Shown here: positions 62,611 through 64,000 of the stretch, one piece after another
Layout of the letters: each line of letters opens with the position of its first letter
Numbering within the stretch: the stretch's first letter is position 1
From: Octopus vulgaris
Taxonomy: Eukaryota
Direction: 5' to 3'
Assembly: GCA_951406725.2 (NCBI GenBank)
Contig: OX597818.1
Span: 29,574,001 to 29,638,000 of the forward strand
Length of the DNA: 64,000 bases
Position numbers and translations under genes: made by a program
Notes under the pieces: generated by a model
What the model was told of the DNA's origin: nothing
What the model saw: only the letters and a program-made list of their open reading frames with translations
The model's database searches: none

Positions 62611-62992
62611 CTTCAATTAAAAAAAAAAATCAGTAGTAACCAAAATAATGGCCACAATTAACTACAATTACTAGATTATTATTAAATTATGACAAGAGAA
62701 CCTTGATTGGTTTTTGCACATACTGACTAAAGGTAAAAATAACAGAGAATTACACAGATCAAACTAAGCATTTTTCAAAGCTTTGACTGGTAAATTACAG
62801 GGTAACAACACATGCCAAGCGGCACTGAACTGGAGCAAAATCCTACATATGAGAAAATTCATATTGAGTACAGGCAAGTCATGTGGACAAGAAGTTCACT
62901 TCACACTCATTTCATTCTAGATTTAGAGTTGACCAATGCTTTAGGAGTAAAATTTAGTGTATGCAAACTGCAGAAGCCCAGTGTATGTGTAT

Positions 62993-63024
<32 letters not shown>

Positions 63025-64000
63025 TACATACACACAACTTCATTAGTATGAGCATACAATGCCAGTAGTTGATAGTGCCACGTGAATGGAATATATGGAA
63101 GAGGGAAATAAAGAAGACGTATGACAAACTAGTAAAAGCAGATCTTAAGAGAGTGACCTTCACAAAGGTGATAACTAGGTATCCATGATCTATACTGAAG
63201 CAGTGTGCTGGAAAGAACTCACCCACTCTATACAAGTTTGGTAAAATAGATGTAAAAATGGTGATGGACAATGGGATGTATATCTAATTTGAGATTCTAT
63301 AACCATTATGTTTGCTCTCCATATTTTACTCAACATCTCACTCACTACAATGAAAGCATGAGAAATAACATGCCATCCAGTCTGTATTAAATCATTCCTT
63401 AACATCAAGCATTCTTTATTGCTATCCCTCTCTCACTTCGTTTCATTACTCTCTCTTATCACATGCTTACCACTAACCATTTTCATTATTGTTGTCACTC
63501 TCGCATCTATTACTCAATAGCCCTCTCTTATAACTCACTCTTCTCTCATTACACTGCTTGTATTCAATCTCCTTTCCAACAATCATCATGTAGCTATCAT
63601 TCTCTCTCTTCCAGTCCTTTCTATATCACACTTGAGCTCCACTCACGGATTCTCTTCTAGTCCTCCTTCCTATATCACCCTTCTGCTCCACTCACCATTC
63701 TCTAATATCACCCTCTGGTCCTCTTTCAACACTATAGTGGAACTTAAGATAGAAAGAACTATAGTCTTGCTCAGGACACAATACCTTCTCTTTCCATAAG
63801 CTAATAAACCTGCTTGTTGTTCCTTCACCTGTATTCATATTTTGTTTTCTGGAAACTACAGGAAGCTTGTAATCACATGAATGTCAATATTCATGCTTGT
63901 CACCAGTTGAAAGCTGTGATGTTGGCATTTCTACTCTATACTTTTATAGACCGTTAAAATATCCACCAACTGAAAACAGGTAAGAGTTAAGAATGTAAGA

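Noticed and set aside
63785-63828. Exon-like segment (cag..GAGAAG|gtattg) as a possible upstream IPO7 exon
   Set aside because: The translation does not resemble the importin-7 N-terminus.

Overview
AT-rich animal genomic DNA, almost certainly from an octopus or other coleoid cephalopod, judged from the tRNA-derived SINE families I recognise. About 45 kb (62610 down to at least 19717) is a minus-strand importin-7 (IPO7/moleskin-like) gene. I traced 27 coding exons by hand; all have GT-AG boundaries and consistent phases (3024 nt, 1007 aa plus stop). A probable 10-nt micro-exon supplies the conserved LDE. The first coding exon lies beyond the right edge of the window. A TE-free stretch of about 5 kb downstream of the stop is probably a long 3' UTR. 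The introns and the 1-14.6 kb intergenic part are full of repeats: Tx1/L1-like, RTE and CR1 LINEs, two SINE families, piggyBac derivatives and MITEs, pogo-type MITEs, decayed hAT and Helitron remnants, and microsatellites. The most notable observations are (1) the 10-nt micro-exon, (2) a candidate frame-breaking cassette exon whose 3' splice site sits in a three-way RNA junction, (3) a perfect 37-bp intronic hairpin, (4) inverted kilobase-scale piggyBac copies inside one pre-mRNA, and (5) a complete C4HC3 PHD finger inside RTE ORF2. All calls are by eye; no databases were searched.
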